A stretch of DNA of 64,000 nt, from positions 128,001 to 192,000 of the IMG/VR virus record IMGVR_UViG_3300033068_001704, one strand, 5' to 3'. The DNA is from a virus (lineage: Duplodnaviria; Caudoviricetes). Position 1 is the first letter of the stretch; each line of letters begins with the position of its first letter. Below the pieces are notes generated by a model. That model had not been told where the DNA came from and did no database searches. It worked only from the letters and a program-made list of their open reading frames with translations. Below, one piece after another: positions 47,569 to 58,400 of this stretch. Made by a program: the position numbers and the translations under genes.

Positions 47569-47895
47569 ATGGCTGAAGCACGTCGATACAAGCTCACGCA
47601 GGACGTGATCGACTCCTGGTACACCCAGGATGGGCGGTTTCGGTTCCGCATCGGGTTCGACAAGGACAACGGCCACATCTTCTGCCCTGCCCAGCGTTGC
47701 CCGACGATCGACATCGCGGACACCGACGTCATTCAGACGACCAACGCCATGGCTCAGAAGTGCCTTCGTTTGTACCGCATCCCGCAGGGGGTTCGTCGCA
47801 ACGGGGAGCCTCCCCCCTCTGGTCCGACGTTCGAGGACGTGACGGACTGGACCCATCACGTGGACGTGGATCTCGATCCGTTTTTCACGGGCTAA
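47569..47895 (+). CDS. Hypothetical protein
   Basis: 108 aa ORF with CTAT 31 nt upstream. Confidence 0.55.
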   Translation: MAEARRYKLTQDVIDSWYTQDGRFRFRIGFDKDNGHIFCPAQRCPTIDIADTDVIQTTNAMAQKCLRLYRIPQGVRRNGEPPPSGPTFEDVTDWTHHVDVDLDPFFTG

Positions 47896-47907
47896 CCAGG
47901 CGGAGCC

Positions 47908-50900
47908 ATGGCGAATCAGATCCCCCTTTCTGTTGATGCTGGTCGAGTCATCCGTTTTGGATCGACCGACCAGGTCCTTGCTGATGGCGTCGTTCCCCGG
48001 TCTGGCACGACGCTCAGTCTGGGTGATTCGGACACGACCCTCGTCACCGTGGCTGGGGCTGCGGCAACGGGGATCACGCTCGGTGGCGCTGGGACTCTCG
48101 TAGCAATCCCCGGAGACCTGGAGGTCACGGGATCGCTCACCGTCAACTCGGACTCGATGTTCGACGGAGACACGATCATCGGCGATGCGACCAGCGACAC
48201 GCTGACGCTGACTGCCCGGATGATCACCTCGATCCTCACCACGGGCACTTCCACTGCGACGACGAACGGGTGGGATCTCGGGTCTGGGGCGAACGGATGG
48301 AACAACGTCTTCCTGGCGCGCGATGGCGCTGGGAATGCACTCGCAACGGCTCGTGCTCTGTCGTCCACCAGTGTTGGGGCCTCGGGCGCGACCCTTGTTG
48401 GCGTGGACATCACGGCCCTCGCGGTCTCTCCGGCGAACAGCACGCTTCAGGCGGTTCTGGAGACGCTCTCCACGACGGCAACGGGGGGTTCGTTCCAGAC
48501 CACGTACGACAACGGACCGGATGTCACCCAGGATGCAACCGGCGGCATCGCGATTACGCGGGGGGCCACGAGCGCTGACACGCATGTCCTGCGTCTCGTT
48601 CATGGGCAGACCGGCTCTGATGACGTGCTGGAAATCGACCGCTCTCCCGCAGGCGCGGCGGCGGGTCGTGGCGTCCATGTCGCCATGGGCGCGAACGCGT
48701 CGGATGCAGGTCTTGAGGTCTCTCACTCGGGAACGGCAGCCGGGTCGAGAGCAGCCATCTTCAGCGGTGTCTCCCTCACGTCCAACCGGGGCGTTGTCGA
48801 GGTCACGCATCAGGGGTCCGGTGCCGGTCACGGCGTCGTGGTGAACCTTGGGGCTGCCTCCACCCAGAAGCACCTTCGGCTTGCTCGGGATGCGGGGGCA
48901 ACCGTCACGACCCTCGACGAGGCCGGCATCACCATCAACGGTGACAGTGCTTCTGGGACCATCGCGACCTTCAACATCTCGGCGGAGGTCTCCTCTTCGG
49001 ATGGTGTGGCTGGGACGAACATCGAGATCTCCGCGGCCCCCGGCTCGGCGAGCGCCTCTATCCAGGGTGGTGATGGCGGCAACCTTGTGTTCGCAGCCGG
49101 CGACGGAGCCCTCTCAACAGAGGCTGCCTCAAGCGGTGGTCTGGGTGGTTCGCTTTCCTTCGTGGCAGGTGCGGGGGGTGATTCCGGCGCCTCGGTGGGA
49201 CCTGGGTCGGGTGGCTCGATCTCCTTCGTGGCAGGGTCTGCCTCATCAGTTGGGGCCTTCGGTTCGGCTGCGGGTGGGGGTGTCACCTTCCTGGGCGGGG
49301 ACAGCTCGGGGGGGAACGGGATCGGGGGTGTCGTCTCGCTCGATCCGGGCCTTGGGGCAGGGTCGAACGGTTCGATCCTCCTTGGGGTAACGAACACCCC
49401 TTACGAGATCCAGTCCGGTTCGAATGGTGGGCGGACGGAGTGGACGCACTTCGGTCGGATGGTTGTGGATGGGAGTGCTGACGACTCCCTCCTGACGGTT
49501 CGAGAGGAGTTTGCCAACCGGTTCGTTGTCTCGACCGCGGGGGGCGCTGGGGCACCTCTCGTCACGGTTTACGGTGAGACGGCGGCCAGCTCGAACTACG
49601 CGACCGAATTCGAGTTGGCCGACTCGGAGTTCTTGCTCCAGCCGGTCACGGTCCATCTCGCGGAAGTCAGTCCGGAAGGTGTCATCGCAGCACTTCCTGG
49701 CTCGACCTGTCACGTCCGATTCCCGAGCGCAAACGCAAGCGATGGTCTGTGGGTCAAGCTCACGGGATCGGGAAACACGGGATGGTCCAAGGTCCAGGCG
49801 GGGTCTGGGACCGTTGATTCTCTTCAGTCGGCCTACGAGGCTGGCAACACGGTTTCGGTCACTACCGCGGAGGGTTCTCTCGCGTTCTCGAACTCTGCGG
49901 ATGCCACCGACATCCTGACCCTGACGCGAACCTTCGCGGGAGCGGGGGAGGGCCTGTCGGTTGGGATGGGTCCGAGCAACCAGGCGGTAACGGGTCGAGG
50001 CGTCGAGATCATCTCTGGCACTGGTGCCACTGGGTCGATGCTCTTCGTCAACAACCTCGGGACGGGGAACGCTCTTCAGATTCAGGACGGAAGCAACGAC
50101 GTCTTCACGATCGCCGGGACGGGGGCGGTGGCGTTCACCCCGACGAGCGGGTCCAACCTCTCCGCTACCACGGCAGGGGCCGGGGAGATCACCGTCCAAT
50201 CCGCCGCTGGTGCCCTCAACATCGTCAACGATGTCTCGACGGGGGCGGGTGGTGGGATCTCGATCCGCGCAACGTCGTCGGGCTCAGGCACGAGCGGGGA
50301 TCTGCTTCTGTACTCGGCCACGACTGGGTCTGGTTCGGGGGGCGTCCTTCTCTCTGCTGGTGTGGCGGTCGCGAACCCCTTGACGGGTCAGATCATCATT
50401 CGCGGGAGCGCGGATCTCGATCTCGACGGGGCAAGCGCGACCCTCGACACGACCGGGGCCATCTCTCTGGATGCTGGTGCGGCATCGAACTTCACGACCT
50501 CCGCAGGTGCCCTCACACTGACCAGTGCAGCGGCAGCCACCTGGGGGACGGCAGCAGGTGCCCTGACTCTCAACGGGGTCTCGGGGATCAACCTCCAGTT
50601 CAACGGAAGCACGAAGCTCGCGGTCGCTACCTCCACCCTCACGGTTCAGACAGGAACCGTCCTCGGAACGACCAACACCGGCAACATCAACCTCCCGAAC
50701 AACGGGGCGGCTCGGTTCCAGGTCGAGGGGGCGGCGGTAGGGGCGACCGTAACGGCCGCGAACCTCGACACGCTCACGAACGGGTCGAACGCGGATGCTC
50801 TCCATGTCCATGGGGCATCGGGTCTGTTGGTTACGGCAGGGGAAGCGCTCGCTGCTGGGGCGCCTGCTGTCATCGCTAACAGCGCGGGGAACTCGCGGGC

Positions 50901-51213
50901 CTTCAACGGTGATGCAGACCTCTCGACCCGTTTCGACGTGGTGGGTCTGGCATCTGCCGCGATTTCCTCGGCAGCCACCGGAACCCTCAACATCACGGGC
51001 GAGATGACGATTCCGGATGCGATCTTCGATGTCCCTCCCGTTGCGGCAGACAACGGGAAGCGTGTGTACCTGAGTGCGAACGTCGGGAAGCTCACGCTCA
51101 CGGCTCCGTCCGCAGCGGGCACCTGGACGCAGAAGCTCGGGATCGTGACGCGTCACAGCGTGACTGGGTCCTCCTTGGTCCTCATTCAGATTGGCGATGG
51201 CTACCTGAACTGA
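47908..51213 (+). CDS. Long Gly/Ser/Thr-rich fibre protein
   Basis: 1101 aa; GG.L.F.AG.G repeats, LQSAY module, C-terminal AGE.LA.G...VYLS domain. Confidence 0.75.
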   Translation: MANQIPLSVDAGRVIRFGSTDQVLADGVVPRSGTTLSLGDSDTTLVTVAGAAATGITLGGAGTLVAIPGDLEVTGSLTVNSDSMFDGDTIIGDATSDTLTLTARMITSILTTGTSTATTNGWDLGSGANGWNNVFLARDGAGNALATARALSSTSVGASGATLVGVDITALAVSPANSTLQAVLETLSTTATGGSFQTTYDNGPDVTQDATGGIAITRGATSADTHVLRLVHGQTGSDDVLEIDRSPAGAAAGRGVHVAMGANASDAGLEVSHSGTAAGSRAAIFSGVSLTSNRGVVEVTHQGSGAGHGVVVNLGAASTQKHLRLARDAGATVTTLDEAGITINGDSASGTIATFNISAEVSSSDGVAGTNIEISAAPGSASASIQGGDGGNLVFAAGDGALSTEAASSGGLGGSLSFVAGAGGDSGASVGPGSGGSISFVAGSASSVGAFGSAAGGGVTFLGGDSSGGNGIGGVVSLDPGLGAGSNGSILLGVTNTPYEIQSGSNGGRTEWTHFGRMVVDGSADDSLLTVREEFANRFVVSTAGGAGAPLVTVYGETAASSNYATEFELADSEFLLQPVTVHLAEVSPEGVIAALPGSTCHVRFPSANASDGLWVKLTGSGNTGWSKVQAGSGTVDSLQSAYEAGNTVSVTTAEGSLAFSNSADATDILTLTRTFAGAGEGLSVGMGPSNQAVTGRGVEIISGTGATGSMLFVNNLGTGNALQIQDGSNDVFTIAGTGAVAFTPTSGSNLSATTAGAGEITVQSAAGALNIVNDVSTGAGGGISIRATSSGSGTSGDLLLYSATTGSGSGGVLLSAGVAVANPLTGQIIIRGSADLDLDGASATLDTTGAISLDAGAASNFTTSAGALTLTSAAAATWGTAAGALTLNGVSGINLQFNGSTKLAVATSTLTVQTGTVLGTTNTGNINLPNNGAARFQVEGAAVGATVTAANLDTLTNGSNADALHVHGASGLLVTAGEALAAGAPAVIANSAGNSRAFNGDADLSTRFDVVGLASAAISSAATGTLNITGEMTIPDAIFDVPPVAADNGKRVYLSANVGKLTLTAPSAAGTWTQKLGIVTRHSVTGSSLVLIQIGDGYLN

Positions 51214-51241
51214 CCGGCTCGGTATCGTCTCTCGAAGACGC

Positions 51242-51262
51242 GGGTCGGGAAACTTCCGACCC
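51242..51262 (+). terminator. Intergenic hairpin
   Basis: GGGTCGGGA-AAC-TTCCGACCC; no U-tract, so function is uncertain. Confidence 0.35.
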
Positions 51263-51285
51263 CCCTACTTGAGGGGTTCTACGAG

Positions 51286-51588
51286 ATGACGGCGATCGAG
51301 AAGAAGACCGCGAAGGCGAAGCTTGGGGCGGTCCAGGAGCCGGCGAAGGTCGAAGCACCTGTGGTCGAGGCAGAGGCGGACGCAGGTGAGCCCCTCACCG
51401 AGCTGGAGGCCCACAAGGTGGCGCTCGCCCAGGAACGCATCACGAGCGCACAACTCACTCTTCAGGCTCGGCAGAAGGAGATGGAGGGGCTGATCCTCGC
51501 GCTCAAGGCGAAGTACGAGGAGGGGGGGCGGTACCAGCTTCTCCAGCTCGACCCGTCGCGAGGGACGATCGTCAGGAAGCCTGTCTGA
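51286..51588 (+). CDS. Hypothetical coiled-coil protein
   Basis: 100 aa ORF. Confidence 0.55.
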   Translation: MTAIEKKTAKAKLGAVQEPAKVEAPVVEAEADAGEPLTELEAHKVALAQERITSAQLTLQARQKEMEGLILALKAKYEEGGRYQLLQLDPSRGTIVRKPV

Positions 51589-51968
51589 TGGATCTCGTCA
51601 TCATCGAGAGCCCGTACGCAGGCGCGACCCCGGAGATCATCGCCAGGAACATCGCCTATGCTCGGGCAGCGATGCGTGACGCGCTGGGGCGTGGGGAGGC
51701 CCCTTACGCCTCCCACCTCCTCTACACGCAGCCGGGGGTACTGCGGGACGAGATCCCGGCTGAGAGGGACTGGGGGATCAAGGCCGGGTTCGAGTTCCGC
51801 AAGCTCGCCAAGAGGTCCGCGTTCTACACGGACCTCGGCATGAGTAGCGGGATGGAATGGGGCCTCAAGCATTCCACGGAGAGTGGGATCGAGGTCGTGT
51901 ACCGCTCGATCCCGTTCGTGTGGCCCCTCGACCAGAGTTCGGGGCCTCATCGCAGTCCGGGTTGGTGA
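51588..51968 (+). CDS. Small Rossmann-like protein of the phage 'IESPYAG...ASHLLY' type (nucleoside deoxyribosyltransferase-like fold)
   Basis: VIIESPYAG, GEAP.ASHLLYTQ, ER..GI.AG, YTDLG.S.GM. Confidence 0.6.
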   Translation: MDLVIIESPYAGATPEIIARNIAYARAAMRDALGRGEAPYASHLLYTQPGVLRDEIPAERDWGIKAGFEFRKLAKRSAFYTDLGMSSGMEWGLKHSTESGIEVVYRSIPFVWPLDQSSGPHRSPGW

Positions 51969-52058
51969 GATCACGTTGATTGGTGGGTCCGTAGGACCTA
52001 ACCCCACACGACCGCAGGGGGCATCGGCCCTATCCGGTCTATTCGGAGTGATCCTCGG

Positions 52059-54536
52059 ATGCCTGCGCCTGTATACGGCAATGCTGGACGCCTTCAGCGC
52101 TACTCCACCGAGCAGATGACTCTGGGGGATGGGCTGGTCTCGGGGCCCATCTACACCTTCACCAGCGACCCGGACACGGGCGTGTGGCGCATCGGGACTG
52201 GTGCGGTTGGCATCGCTGGGGACGGCCTCCAGGTCATCCGCTTTCAGGCTCCGGGCGGGGTCAACCCTCAGGTCATCGTCCCGATGGGGACGGCGGCGAA
52301 TCCTCCGATCTCGTTCGATGACACGTTCTCTACGGCGGGGTTCTACCAGCCGGCAGCGGGAACGGTGGGGTTTGTGTCTGGGGCGGCGGAGAGATGGAGG
52401 CTGAATAGCGGGTCCTTCACGGCCATCAGCTCGGATGCGAAGATTCTCTCTGGTGTGGCGAACCAAGCGCTGCGTCTCGTGTCGAGTGTTACGAACGGCA
52501 CGACAGACCCCGCCTTCGTGTTCGACAACAATTCTGTGTCGTACACGGCCTCGACCGGGTTGCAGAGGATTGTTCGGATCCCCGCAACGATCTTGCAGAC
52601 CGGTTCTGCGGGCAGCACGGCCCTTGAGATCGATGTTACGAACACGACTCTCGGGATCGGCGCGCATCGATTCTTGGATCTCAAGATCGGTGGGTCCACT
52701 GTTTTTGCCATCAAGAACAGTAGTTCCACGGACGAACAGGGTCAGGTCCAGCTTGGTTCAGGGGCAGTGGGGTCCCCCTCCCTCTCGTTCATCACCGATA
52801 ACGCCTTGGGCGTTTACCGAATCGGTGCGGGCATCCTTGGGGTGTCGGCGAATGGGTTGGAGGTCGCTAGGTATCAGGCCCCGAGCGGGGCCAACCCCCA
52901 GCTCAAGCTCCCCCTCGGCACTACGGCACTGCCGAGTCTTTCGTTCGGGTCTAGTAATCAGATCGGCCTGAGCGCACCGACCGCGAACCAGCTCAACGTC
53001 ACCACAAACAACATCCTCACTGCTGCGTTCAACTACCTCGGCACCACCATCTACTACAATGGCACCGGGTACGTTACGTTCGGAGCTGCGACAGCAACGT
53101 TCCAGGGGGCTGGGACTTACTCGCTCCACTGCCTCGGCACCCAGATGGGGCTGATCATCGGTGGTCGTCGCGACACCAGCGTCAACGCTGCGTACACCAA
53201 CGACGCGTCGGTTCAGTTCACTCAGTACGCAAACCTCGCGTTCGTCGGTGCTGCATCGACGACCCAGAGGATGCTTCGTGCGTCGGCCGTGGTGAACCAG
53301 ACGAGCACCGCTGCGTTCAACATGCTCGAACTCGACGTGACGAACACGGCGCTCGGCAGCGGTGCTCAGAACTTCCTCGACCTCAAGGTCGCCGGCACGA
53401 CCATCTTCACGATCACGAACGGCACCACCACCGCGAGTCGCGGTCGGATGCTCGCGGGCCCCGGTGCGGCGGCAACCCCCAGCATCTCGTTTTACGGCGA
53501 CCCCGATACTGGTCTCACCAACGTCTCGGCGAACACGGTCTCTGTCGTCACCGGCGGCACGGAGGCCTGGAGGTTCAACGGGGGGGACTTCAACTCCTAC
53601 GTCTCTGGGGCGTACATCCAGCAGCTCGCCGCAGACTCGGGCCTGACGTTCTCTGGCAACATCGGCGCGACGACCTCTCCGAGCTTCGGGTTCGAGAACT
53701 TCAACTCGTTCACGGGTGGTACTGGGGTCAACCAGCGGTTCGCTGTGTTGGGTGCCGCGGTCAACCAGACGAGCACGGCGGGGTTCTCCTTCCTCCAGCT
53801 CAACGCGACGAACACGGCCCTGGGGTCCGGCGCTCAGTATTTCCTCGACGTCAAGGTCGGCGGGACCACTGTCGCAGCCATCACGAACGGATCGACGTCA
53901 GCAACTCAAGGGAGGCTTCTCGCAGGCGCAGGCGCCTCTGCCACCCCGTCGCTGTCGTTCCTCGGCCAGACGGCTGACGGGTTCTACTCTCAGAGCAGCA
54001 CGAACATCGGCGCTACGGGCAACCTCAACCCGGACATCACTGCGACCTGGAGCCTCGGGACTTCTGTGCTGCGGTGGAATCAGGTCCACGCGTCCACCGT
54101 GGTGGTCAACGAGCTGTCGATCAATTCTGGCGGTGAGGTCATCGGTTGGCCCTACACCACGATGCACTTCCACGGGAAGGACATGCTCTTCGACAACGCA
54201 GGTGAAGAGTATTGGATCGACACCGGTGGGCACTTCTACTCCAACAGTGATGTGGCCTATGCAGTCACTCGCAACTCGAAGGTGTACTCTGTCAACGTCA
54301 ACATCTATGTGAACACGTTGGACGACGACGCTGAATTTCGCCTCTGCATCAACGGGTCCTTCTTCGCAGCGGCTCTCATTCCCTTCGGATTTGTTGGGAC
54401 GATCGACATGTCAGGGGACTTTGACGGGGCGGGTCTCACTTACGGGGATGTGTTCAACTGGGCATGCACTGGAACTGAGAAATTCCCGGCGGGGACACTT
54501 TCGCTCACCGTGACTCACCAGCTTCGATCGCAGTAA
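52059..54536 (+). CDS. Tail fibre protein with internal repeats
   Basis: Repeated G....PS.SF..D..TG modules and three NT.LG.GA..FLD.K..G modules. Confidence 0.75.
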   Translation: MPAPVYGNAGRLQRYSTEQMTLGDGLVSGPIYTFTSDPDTGVWRIGTGAVGIAGDGLQVIRFQAPGGVNPQVIVPMGTAANPPISFDDTFSTAGFYQPAAGTVGFVSGAAERWRLNSGSFTAISSDAKILSGVANQALRLVSSVTNGTTDPAFVFDNNSVSYTASTGLQRIVRIPATILQTGSAGSTALEIDVTNTTLGIGAHRFLDLKIGGSTVFAIKNSSSTDEQGQVQLGSGAVGSPSLSFITDNALGVYRIGAGILGVSANGLEVARYQAPSGANPQLKLPLGTTALPSLSFGSSNQIGLSAPTANQLNVTTNNILTAAFNYLGTTIYYNGTGYVTFGAATATFQGAGTYSLHCLGTQMGLIIGGRRDTSVNAAYTNDASVQFTQYANLAFVGAASTTQRMLRASAVVNQTSTAAFNMLELDVTNTALGSGAQNFLDLKVAGTTIFTITNGTTTASRGRMLAGPGAAATPSISFYGDPDTGLTNVSANTVSVVTGGTEAWRFNGGDFNSYVSGAYIQQLAADSGLTFSGNIGATTSPSFGFENFNSFTGGTGVNQRFAVLGAAVNQTSTAGFSFLQLNATNTALGSGAQYFLDVKVGGTTVAAITNGSTSATQGRLLAGAGASATPSLSFLGQTADGFYSQSSTNIGATGNLNPDITATWSLGTSVLRWNQVHASTVVVNELSINSGGEVIGWPYTTMHFHGKDMLFDNAGEEYWIDTGGHFYSNSDVAYAVTRNSKVYSVNVNIYVNTLDDDAEFRLCINGSFFAAALIPFGFVGTIDMSGDFDGAGLTYGDVFNWACTGTEKFPAGTLSLTVTHQLRSQ

Positions 54537-54546
54537 TGAGGCCCGT

Positions 54547-54792
54547 ATGAGTCAGCTTTCGGATGACATCGAAGCGATTGACCGGAAGATTTCGGGCGAT
54601 CCTGCGTGGAAAAGGATTAGACGTCTGCTCCTTTCCGGACATCTCGGACACGCCATCTCAGAAGAGATGGAGTCTCGGAGGTTGTCTCCGGATCCCCGCA
54701 TGGAGGTCACGGACCTTGCGGAGGAGCCGACAAGACGAGAGCGCCACCCTTCGAGCATGACCAAGATCCCCCAGCAGGATCCGAAGAAGTGA
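54547..54792 (+). CDS. Hypothetical protein
   Basis: 81 aa ORF with GAGG SD. Confidence 0.45.
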   Translation: MSQLSDDIEAIDRKISGDPAWKRIRRLLLSGHLGHAISEEMESRRLSPDPRMEVTDLAEEPTRRERHPSSMTKIPQQDPKK

Positions 54793-54986
54793 TGGACCAG
54801 GAACCCACCCAAGAGGCCCCGAAGTACCCTCCGGGAGCACCCTGGCTAGAGATCGGCTTGTTTCTCTTCTTGGGGATCATCCTCCTTTTTGGGTTCAAGA
54901 CCTGCTTCGATGCCTTGACTGAAACCCGACCCGTCACGCACGAGGAATTCCAGGTCGGTAAGGTGTTCGATGGAGGGTTGAGATGA
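54789..54986 (+). CDS. Small membrane protein
   Basis: Single TM segment IGLFLFLGIILLFGF. Confidence 0.5.
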   Translation: MMDQEPTQEAPKYPPGAPWLEIGLFLFLGIILLFGFKTCFDALTETRPVTHEEFQVGKVFDGGLR

Positions 54987-55396
54987 AGATCAAGGTAACG
55001 CGCCCGGACGGGACGGTCATCGAGGCGGAAGGCACCGTCGAGGAATGCGAACGCTTGGTGAGCGGACCGCCCTCGAAGTCCTCTTCCGAGGAGCTTCTGG
55101 AGTTCCTCAAACAGATCAAGCCCGAGACTCAGCCGGATCTCCCGTTCGTCCCGTACGTCCCGGTTCCCTACTACCCCCCGGTCATGCCGTGGGACCCCAC
55201 GGTCCCGTCGCTGCCCTGGTCTCCCGAGTTCCCGTACCGCGTCGGTCCCAACGTGAGGTGGGGATGGACGACGGATCGGATCACGCTCGGGGACAACACC
55301 CAGGGGGTCACGGTTACCTGCGTCGATGACGTTCCGATCACGAGCAGCCACGTCATGCTCTCGACGGTCATGTCGGGCCAGTGCTCGTACACCTGA
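54983..55396 (+). CDS. Hypothetical Pro-rich protein
   Basis: 137 aa, GGAGG SD, coupled start. Confidence 0.55.
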   Translation: MKIKVTRPDGTVIEAEGTVEECERLVSGPPSKSSSEELLEFLKQIKPETQPDLPFVPYVPVPYYPPVMPWDPTVPSLPWSPEFPYRVGPNVRWGWTTDRITLGDNTQGVTVTCVDDVPITSSHVMLSTVMSGQCSYT

Positions 55397-55436
55397 CCCC
55401 CTTCCCTATGACGACTATCCCCGGTCTGGGTGAGAT

Positions 55437-58400
55437 ATGACTGCGGAAATCGTCAAGAGGGTCGCTCTCCTCAAGCTCGCGGAAGACGAAGCTCAAGAGC
55501 TTACGTTCCAGGAGTGGTTGAAGGACCAGCCCGCATCAGGGATGTCCGACCCGATCTCGGAGCGGATCTACCCGCGCTTGCGCTCGAAGCTCGGGCCGAT
55601 GGCGATCCCGTTCTTCCAGCTCTACGGGCAGACCCGTCTCATGATGGAGGGGGCCCCTCCTCCGGAAGAGGGCCTCGTCCAGGCCTGGAAGAACGCCACG
55701 AAGGGACTCACCCGGGTCCTCGCGGCGAAGCTGGGGGACCAGGGTCCCCCGCAGCTCATCAACTCGATCTTCGATCGCATGACCGCGGTTCGCCCGGTAC
55801 TTCGGAAGATCGAGCAGGGGTACGGGCTCTACGCGTTCCGCACCGCCGGTGACCAGATCTCCCAGGTCATCGCGGACGTCTGTCGGGCAGTAGGGCTTCC
55901 GGTCACGATTCGTCCCGGCGTGGATGCGGCGAAGTGGCCCCTGGTTCGTCGTTCGAGCGAGAAGGAGCAGCAGCTCGATCGCCTGAAGGCGGACAACCCG
56001 TCCCTCTACGCTCAGATCGTTGAAGGGCGTGAGAAGCTCCGCAAGATCGACATCCAGGTCGTCGAGTCGATCCAGCGGGCTGGGTTGCTTCCGACCAAGA
56101 CGAAGATCCGTGGCCGGCTCGTGAACCTGGGCGTGGACCCCGTTACGAACGAGCGGATGGTCTACACGAATGATGGTCGTGTGGTCTCGGTCGAGCAGTT
56201 CTCTCAGGAGATGGTCGAGGGTCACGCAGTTCGAGAGCGGTCCTCGAAGATCTTCCCGAATGGTCTCCCGAAGGGAGGGAAGACGGACCCCTCTCTGGAG
56301 GGTCTCCGCATCCTCACGGATGTGCAGGTCTCCGACCCCGACGTCATCCCGCAGCAGGAGATCATCTACCGAGCCCTCACCGACGATCTCGCGGCAGAGG
56401 GTGGCACCCGTGTCTACCCGACGAAGATCGATGCAAAGGGTCGCCCGGTCGTCATCGATGGTCGATTCAAGGGCATCTATCTCGACGACCTCGTGAACCG
56501 TGCAGGCCGCCTCATCGAGGGCGCCGCGTTCGACTTCGACGCACGCGGCAAGATGGTCCGGTTCGAGACCAAGAACCCCGATGGTTCCCCCAACCTCGCC
56601 GCCCGCAAGGAGCCGTACGTGACGGTCACGGCGGATGGGCGGCTCATGGTCAAGGTCCCGTTCAAGGGGAAGAACGACCCGTTCACCAGCGCCCGCCAGG
56701 AGATGGACCGGCTTGCGCGCCCCACGCGCATCCCGACGATCGAGAAGGTCGCGGGGACGATGAACACGACCTTCATCTTCCCCGAGAAGGACTACGCGGC
56801 CGTCCGACGCGCTGTGGGCGGCATGGTCCTCTCGAAGGCCGCGGCCGACAAGCTCAAGGCGTACTTCGATCAGCTCGAACGCCAGGAACGAGCCCTCACC
56901 GAGGAAGCGACGAAGAGCTACACCCTCTCGGCGATCGGTGGCTTCAAGATCGAGGCGCTGATCGACCCGGCCTCTGGGCTTCCGTACGATCCCCCGCGGT
57001 TCAAGCCGGACCTCTTCGGGAAGCAGAAGGAGGCGATCTCCTGGGCGGAGTCGAAGGGCTACCGTGGGCTTCTCGCGCTCGACACCGGCATCGGCAAGAC
57101 GCTGACTTCGATCGCCACCATGAAGAAGATGGAGCGGGACGGGTTCGCCCAGGATGGCACCCGGTTCCTGTACATCTGCCCGACGAAGCTTCGGGGGAAC
57201 TTCGCCAGGGAGGCGCGCGCGAGCCTTCAGGAGGCGGGGGCCTTCCTGAGCAAGGTGGACGTCATCTCCTACCAGCAGTTCGCCAGGAAGCGGAAGGAGA
57301 ACCCCAAGTTCGGGACCGTGGACGGCGACCCGGCAGCGGGGGTCCCCCCGTACGTGGCGGTCTTCTTCGACGAGGCTCACGTCCTCGTGAAGAACCCGTC
57401 GTCGGTCGGCTCACGGGCGGCCCTGAGTCTGAAGCACCCTCGGAAGATCCTGCTCACGGCATCCCCGATGGAGGATGACCCGGACGAGCTGTACATCGGG
57501 GTGGCGATCACCAACAACATCGACCTGAACGAGCGCGGTCCGGATGGCGGGGTCTCCCCGGCGGTTCGAGACATGATGCGGTTCCGGTCCCGGTTCTGTC
57601 AGACGGTCGGCGGACGCACCCTCGGCTTGAAGGCCGCGGACGCAGAAGATCCGACCAAGACGGAGGACTTCTACGCGTGGGCGAAGTCCAACTTCTACGC
57701 CGCGAACAAGCGCGACGTGGTCGAGAAGCCGCTGCCCGAGCTGCGTCGTGAGTCGAAGACCATCACGATGGACCCTGCGGTCGAGACGATCTACCGCGAG
57801 GAAGCCCAGAAGGTCGCCGAGGTCCTCAAGGCCGCCGTGACGGTCTTCCGAGACAAGGGCAAGGTTCGGAGCGATCAGGTTCGAGACCTCTTCGGCATGA
57901 AGCTTCGGAAGTCGTTGGCAACGCTCAACGACCTGTCGAACATGCCTGCGCTCCTCATCCCGGGTTCGCGGTCCCCCAAGGTGGAGGCCTCGGCCGAGAT
58001 CGTGGTGGACCGGATCTCTCGTGGTGGTCGAACGATCCTGTTCACCGACAGCCCGAAGTTCGCCGAGTACACGGTCCTCGAACTGTCGGTTCGGGTCCCG
58101 TCGCTGCTCCATGCTGTCGCGCTCTCCGGTGAGATCGCCGTCTACCAGAACGGTCGCAAGATCGCGAAGTACGGCCAGCGCATCTACCGGAACAAGGACG
58201 GGGTCGAGATCCCGAAGCAGGAGTGGGCGAGCTTCGTCCTGCGCGAGATCATCGGGGCCGACCAGCAGGTGTCGAGCCTCGTGTTGACGAGCGGCTACTC
58301 CTTCGGTCAGAACCTCCAGATGTTCTCGACGGTCGTCCATCTCGATCGAGATGGGTTCTCCTCGGAGACGATGAAGCAGCGGACGGCGCGTGCGTGGCGT

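Noticed and set aside
12648-54536. Diversity-generating retroelement acting on fibre tips
   Set aside because: No reverse transcriptase and no near-identical TR/VR nucleotide pair seen; the shared modules are similar at protein level only
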